This document shows, in pieces, positions 59,986 through 64,000 of a DNA stretch of 64,000 nucleotides; position 1 is the stretch's first letter; each line of letters starts with the position of its first letter. The stretch is taken from NCBI GenBank assembly GCA_965203465.1, contig CBDBCR010000001.1, forward strand, positions 800,001-864,000, in the 5' to 3' direction. The notes under the pieces were generated by a model. That model made no database searches, was not told the DNA's origin, and saw only the letters and a program-made list of their open reading frames with translations. The translations under genes were made by a program, and so were the position numbers. Source of the DNA: Nitrosopumilaceae archaeon (lineage in GTDB: Archaea; Thermoproteota; Nitrososphaeria; Nitrososphaerales; Nitrosopumilaceae).

Positions 59986-61019
59986 AGCGCGTCTTTGTCA
60001 ACGGATACGGCTCGATAGGCAGCCGCATCGCCGCGTTCGTCTCGGACGACCCGCAGGTGGAGCTGGTCGGCGTGGGCAAGCACTCGCCCGGCCCGGCCGC
60101 CGCCCGGGCCGCGGCCCGGGGCCTGAAGGTCTTTGCGCCCGCCTCCAAGATGGCAGGCTTCGGGGGCGCCTCGGGCACCATCGAGGAGGCGCTCGACTCG
60201 TCGGACATCGTCATAGACGCCTCGCCGGCCGGCTCCGGATACGCCAACAAGACGGGGCTGTACGGCCCGCGCGGCATCAAGGCCATATACCAGGGGGGCG
60301 AGAGCGTCTCGGGCCCAGAGGCCGTCTCGGACCTGCTGTTCAACTCGCGCGCAAACTACGACGAGGCGGTGGGCAAGAGCCACGTGATGCAGGGCAGCTG
60401 CAACGTGACCGGGATGGGGCGCATGCTCGGGCCGCTGCGCGAAAAGTACGGCGGCAGGCTGGCGCGCTTCGACGTGACGCTGGTGCGCAGGTGGGCAGAC
60501 ATCGAGCAGGACGCCGAGGTGCCCGACACCGTCGAGATGGCGCAGGATCCGCACCACGGCAGCGACGCAAAGCAGTACCTGGGCCCCGACGCCCCGCTGC
60601 ACGTGCGGGCCATAAAGGTGCCCACGCGCCAGATGCACCTGCACATACTCGACGTGCGGTTCCGGGGCGGGGCGCCGCCGCCCGAGGAGGTCCACGGGGC
60701 CCTCTCGGGCGAGCTCGGCGTGGCGCTGCTCTGGACCGCAAAGGGGACGGCCCAGGTGCGCAGCTGCGCCTCGCAGATGGGGTTCGGCTTTGCGGACACC
60801 AACATGATACACGTGCACGCCAACATGACGCGCACCGTCGGCGACACCGTCCACATGATGTACTCTGACGATCAGACCGGCATCGTGATACCGGAAAACC
60901 ACATGCTCATGCAGGCGATGCTGTTCGGGCGGCCCAGGGCCGAGGCGGCGGCCCACACCGAATCGGTCTTCCACATGGAAGAAAAGAAGCAAAAGCTACA
61001 GGACGCGTTCGCCCGTTAA
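59982..61019 (+). CDS. gap: Glyceraldehyde-3-phosphate dehydrogenase, archaeal type II
   Basis: VNGYGSIG, YQGGE, SCNVTG and VIPEN. Confidence 0.92.
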   Translation: MKRVFVNGYGSIGSRIAAFVSDDPQVELVGVGKHSPGPAAARAAARGLKVFAPASKMAGFGGASGTIEEALDSSDIVIDASPAGSGYANKTGLYGPRGIKAIYQGGESVSGPEAVSDLLFNSRANYDEAVGKSHVMQGSCNVTGMGRMLGPLREKYGGRLARFDVTLVRRWADIEQDAEVPDTVEMAQDPHHGSDAKQYLGPDAPLHVRAIKVPTRQMHLHILDVRFRGGAPPPEEVHGALSGELGVALLWTAKGTAQVRSCASQMGFGFADTNMIHVHANMTRTVGDTVHMMYSDDQTGIVIPENHMLMQAMLFGRPRAEAAAHTESVFHMEEKKQKLQDAFAR

Positions 61020-62270
61020 ATCCCACTCGCCGGTCCTTTCTATGCGGATCTCTTCGGACTTGTTCTTGCGCGCGCGCTCGACTATGATGCGCAGCGGCCC
61101 CACCTCCACCTTGTCGCCCTCGCTCGGTATGTCCTGGAGGCGCTCGTGGAGCAGCCCGTTCAGGCTGGAGTGGGATTCGGGCAGCCGCGTCGCGAATATC
61201 TGGTTTACCTCGGCTATCGTTATCTCGCCGGTCGTGATCACCGTGCTCGCGTCGATGCGCCTGTACGCCGCCTTGCGCGCCTTGTCGCTTTCGTCCTCTA
61301 TGTCGCCGACTATCTCCTCTAGCAGGTCCTCGAGGGTCACGAGGCCCTCGACGCCGCCGTGCTCGTCGACCACTATCGCCATGTGGGTCTTGCGCCCCTG
61401 CATCTCGCGCAGCATCGCGTTGATGGGCTTTTCGGGGGAGGTGAAGACGGGCTCGCGCGCTATCTGCTCGAGCGTGACCGCGCGCCTGCCGTCCTCGATG
61501 GCCTTGAGCGCGTCGCGTATGTGGACGAACCCGACTATCTCGTCGCGCGTGCCGCCGTGTATCGGTATCCGGGAGTGGCCGCTCTGGTTTATGGCGTGCA
61601 GCGCCTCGAACAGTATCGTCTTTGCGTGCATCGTGAACATGCGGGTGCGCGGGACCATGACGCTGCGCACCGCCTTGTCGTCGAAGCGCAGCGCGCCGTG
61701 GACCAGCTCGGTCTCTTCCCTTTCCAGCGCCTTTTCGGCCAGGCCCTGGTCTATGACGCCGCGTATCTCCTCTTCGGTGATCGGGGGCGGGACGTAGCTG
61801 CTGCCGGTAATCTTCACCACGCCGCGCGTGATGTACTCGAACATCTTGACGACGGGGTACAGCGCGTAGCTGAACGCGAGCAGCACGGGGGCGAACCTCA
61901 GCGATATCTTGGTGGCGTTGGCGTTGCAGTACGTCTTTGGGGTGATCTCGCCGAAGACCAGTATCAGAAACGTCATGATGCCGACGGCTATGCCGAGCCC
62001 GTCGTCGCCGAACATCCGTATGGCCACGCTGGTGGCCAGCGCCGAGGCGCCCACGTTGACCAGGTTGTTGCCCAGGTTCACGCTGGCCATCATCCAGCCG
62101 GGGTTGGACTTTAGGCGGTGCAGGGCGCGCGAGCCCTTTTTCTTGTCGCGCAGCAGCTGGGCCACCTTGGAGCTGCTCGTGCCCACCAGGGCCACCTCGA
62201 GGCCGCTGAAAAACCCCGACAGGCCCACCAAGACTGCTAGCGAGGCGGCCTCCGCCCAGATGTCAACCAA
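60996..62270 (-). CDS. CNNM/CBS/CorC-domain (hemolysin family) protein
   Basis: SGFFSGLE, GNNLVN, FGEITPK, HSRIP and VDEHGG..G.VTLEDLLEEIVG. Confidence 0.9.
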   Translation of the reverse strand: MVDIWAEAASLAVLVGLSGFFSGLEVALVGTSSSKVAQLLRDKKKGSRALHRLKSNPGWMMASVNLGNNLVNVGASALATSVAIRMFGDDGLGIAVGIMTFLILVFGEITPKTYCNANATKISLRFAPVLLAFSYALYPVVKMFEYITRGVVKITGSSYVPPPITEEEIRGVIDQGLAEKALEREETELVHGALRFDDKAVRSVMVPRTRMFTMHAKTILFEALHAINQSGHSRIPIHGGTRDEIVGFVHIRDALKAIEDGRRAVTLEQIAREPVFTSPEKPINAMLREMQGRKTHMAIVVDEHGGVEGLVTLEDLLEEIVGDIEDESDKARKAAYRRIDASTVITTGEITIAEVNQIFATRLPESHSSLNGLLHERLQDIPSEGDKVEVGPLRIIVERARKNKSEEIRIERTGEWDLTGERVL

Positions 62271-62497
62271 GCTTGCCTGCTCCCGCTCCCGACGCCACTT
62301 CGCCTACCAAATGCCCTGCCCCCGCATGGCTTGCGATATTATTTAATGATTGGCCGGGGCCGGCCCCCCGGCCGCCGCCGTCCGTGCCTGCGCGCGGCCG
62401 CCCAGGTTCTGCGGGCGCGCGAAAACGCGCCGCCGGGGCCGGCGCCCCGCCGCGATCCCGTCTATCTATAAATTGGAAACGGCGCCCCGCCGCGCCG

Positions 62498-63805
62498 TTG
62501 CGCGCGTACCTCAAATGCATCGATCCGGGGTGCGGCCTAGAGTACGGCGTCGGGCAGGCGCGCGTGGAGTGCGAAAAGGGCCACCTGCTCGACGTGCTCT
62601 ATTCGGAGGCGCCGCCCGAATCCCTAAAGGAAAAGTTCCTCGCCAGGCGCGATCCGGGCGGCAGCATATTCAACGAGAGCGGGGTGTGGCGGTTCCGCGA
62701 GCTGCTCAACTTCTGCCAGATAGACGCCGAGGACGCCGGGCAGTGCGCAGGCTCGCTCGTCTCGCTCGACGGCGCCGAGGGCCGCCAGTCCAAGCCGTAC
62801 CGCATGTCGCGCGCCTCTGAATTCGCCGGCCTCGGGAGGGGATCGCTGTGGCTGCAGCCGGAGGGGTACAACCCGAGCGGCTCGTTCAAGGACAACGGGA
62901 TGGCCACGGCCGTCACGCACGCGCGCATGGTCGGCGCCGACAGGCTGGTGTGCGCCTCGACGGGCAACACGTCGGCCTCGGCGGCCATGTTCGCGGCCAA
63001 CGAGGGGCTAAAGTGCGAGGTGTACATACCGTCGGGGCAGATAGCGCCGGGCAAGCTGGGCCAGGCCTACCAGTTCGGCGCGCAGATAGTCGAAGTTGAC
63101 GGCAACTTTGACGACGCGCTCGAAAGGTCGCTCTCGGAGGCGCGCGAGCGCGGCGGGTACACGGTCAATTCGGTAAACCCGTTCCGCATAGAGGGGCAGA
63201 AGACCATACCGTTCCGGGCGCTGGAATACCTGGGGTGGGAGCCGCCCGACTGGATAGTGTACCCGGGCGGGGCCCTGGGCAACACGTCCAGCTGCGGCAA
63301 GGCGCTCTCGGAGCTGCTCGAGTGGGGCTGGATAAAAAAGGCGCCGCGCATAGCCGTGATCAACGCAGAGGGCGCATCGACGCTCGCCGACCTGTACAAC
63401 GGCGAAAACCTGAGGTGGAATGGGGGGAGGCCCGACGCGGACCTGCTCGCCGGGTACCTCGCCGGCCAGGGCTCGCGGCCCAGCACGCGGGCCACGGCCA
63501 TACAGATAGGGCGGCCGGCCAACATACTCAAGGGGCTGCGGGCGCTCGAGCTGACCGACGGCGTGGTCGCCACCGTCTCGGACTCCGAGATGCTCGACGC
63601 CATGTCGGTGGTGGGCCTCAACGGGTTCGACTGCGAGATGGCCTCGGGCGCCTCGCTTGCGGGCATACGCAAGCTGGTATCGGACGGCACCATCGCCCCC
63701 GACGAGACGGTCGTCGGGGTGCTGACGGGCCGCCAAAAGGACGCCATGCTGCCGGTCGAGTACCACAACGATCCGTCCAACGCGTTCGCCAGGCCGCCGC
63801 GCTGA
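62498..63805 (+). CDS. thrC: Threonine synthase
   Basis: NPSGSFKD, CASTGNTSAS, NSVNPFRIEGQKT and PGGALGN. Confidence 0.92.
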   Translation: MRAYLKCIDPGCGLEYGVGQARVECEKGHLLDVLYSEAPPESLKEKFLARRDPGGSIFNESGVWRFRELLNFCQIDAEDAGQCAGSLVSLDGAEGRQSKPYRMSRASEFAGLGRGSLWLQPEGYNPSGSFKDNGMATAVTHARMVGADRLVCASTGNTSASAAMFAANEGLKCEVYIPSGQIAPGKLGQAYQFGAQIVEVDGNFDDALERSLSEARERGGYTVNSVNPFRIEGQKTIPFRALEYLGWEPPDWIVYPGGALGNTSSCGKALSELLEWGWIKKAPRIAVINAEGASTLADLYNGENLRWNGGRPDADLLAGYLAGQGSRPSTRATAIQIGRPANILKGLRALELTDGVVATVSDSEMLDAMSVVGLNGFDCEMASGASLAGIRKLVSDGTIAPDETVVGVLTGRQKDAMLPVEYHNDPSNAFARPPR

Positions 63806-63865
63806 AGAACCTAGTGCGCAGGCGGCTGCCAAACGTTAATACCGGCGCGGGGCCCGGAGCGGGGC

Positions 63866-64000
63866 ATGGAGCCGGCCATAAAGATGGAGCCGGGCAAGGG
63901 CCCGGAGCACTACGTCCGCATGTACCTGACCGATCCCGACTACAAGGTCTGGTTCCACCGCACGCACCCCGGCATCACCATATTCGAGGGCCTGGGCATA
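63866..64000 (+). CDS. Thaumarchaeal hypothetical protein (3'-truncated by the window edge)
   Basis: TTAATA box upstream. PGKGPEHYVRMY...YKVWF...PGITIFEGLG. Confidence 0.55.
   Translation, partial: MEPAIKMEPGKGPEHYVRMYLTDPDYKVWFHRTHPGITIFEGLGI

Noticed and set aside
58635-61019. 794-aa GAPDH fusion (similarly the 779-aa HemB and 1251-aa SMC ORFs)
   Set aside because: The N-terminal parts are spurious open frames. Real starts are 59982, 30636 and 54756, supported by motif onset and by TATA position or stop-start coupling.

Overview
GC-rich archaeal DNA from an ammonia-oxidising thaumarchaeote (Nitrosopumilaceae-like; the high GC resembles Cenarchaeum-type sponge symbionts, which is an inference). 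Evidence for the lineage: a PEFG-CTERM surface protein, an archaeal Rpo3-L18e-L13-S9 cluster, aIF5A and aIF1A, intron-containing tRNAs, a split MetH, and TATA boxes about 25 bp upstream of apparently leaderless ATG/GTG/TTG starts. Bases 1-14454 are an accessory island ending at the 3' end of tRNA(CAT). It holds an RloC-like ABC ATPase, a DNA-methyltransferase remnant, a 72-bp-repeat protein, an OLD-family nuclease, a 710-aa protein with a PD-(D/E)XK-like C-terminus, an orphan protein resembling an HK97-fold capsid, a putative R-S-E ADP-ribosyltransferase, an intact IS66-family element (16-bp TIRs, 8-bp TSD) and three tandem paralogues with variable 11-aa repeats. The rest is mostly core genome, interrupted by three decaying islets: HicB plus an ATPase pair between the MetH halves, a peptide plus Clp-fold protease, and XRE-ImmA plus DUF4411. 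Several small proteins below the ORF-track cutoff were read by hand, including a metallothionein-like peptide. The best candidates for new biology are the orphan capsid-like gene and the adjacent ART-like gene. All family assignments come from motif recognition by eye; no searches were run.
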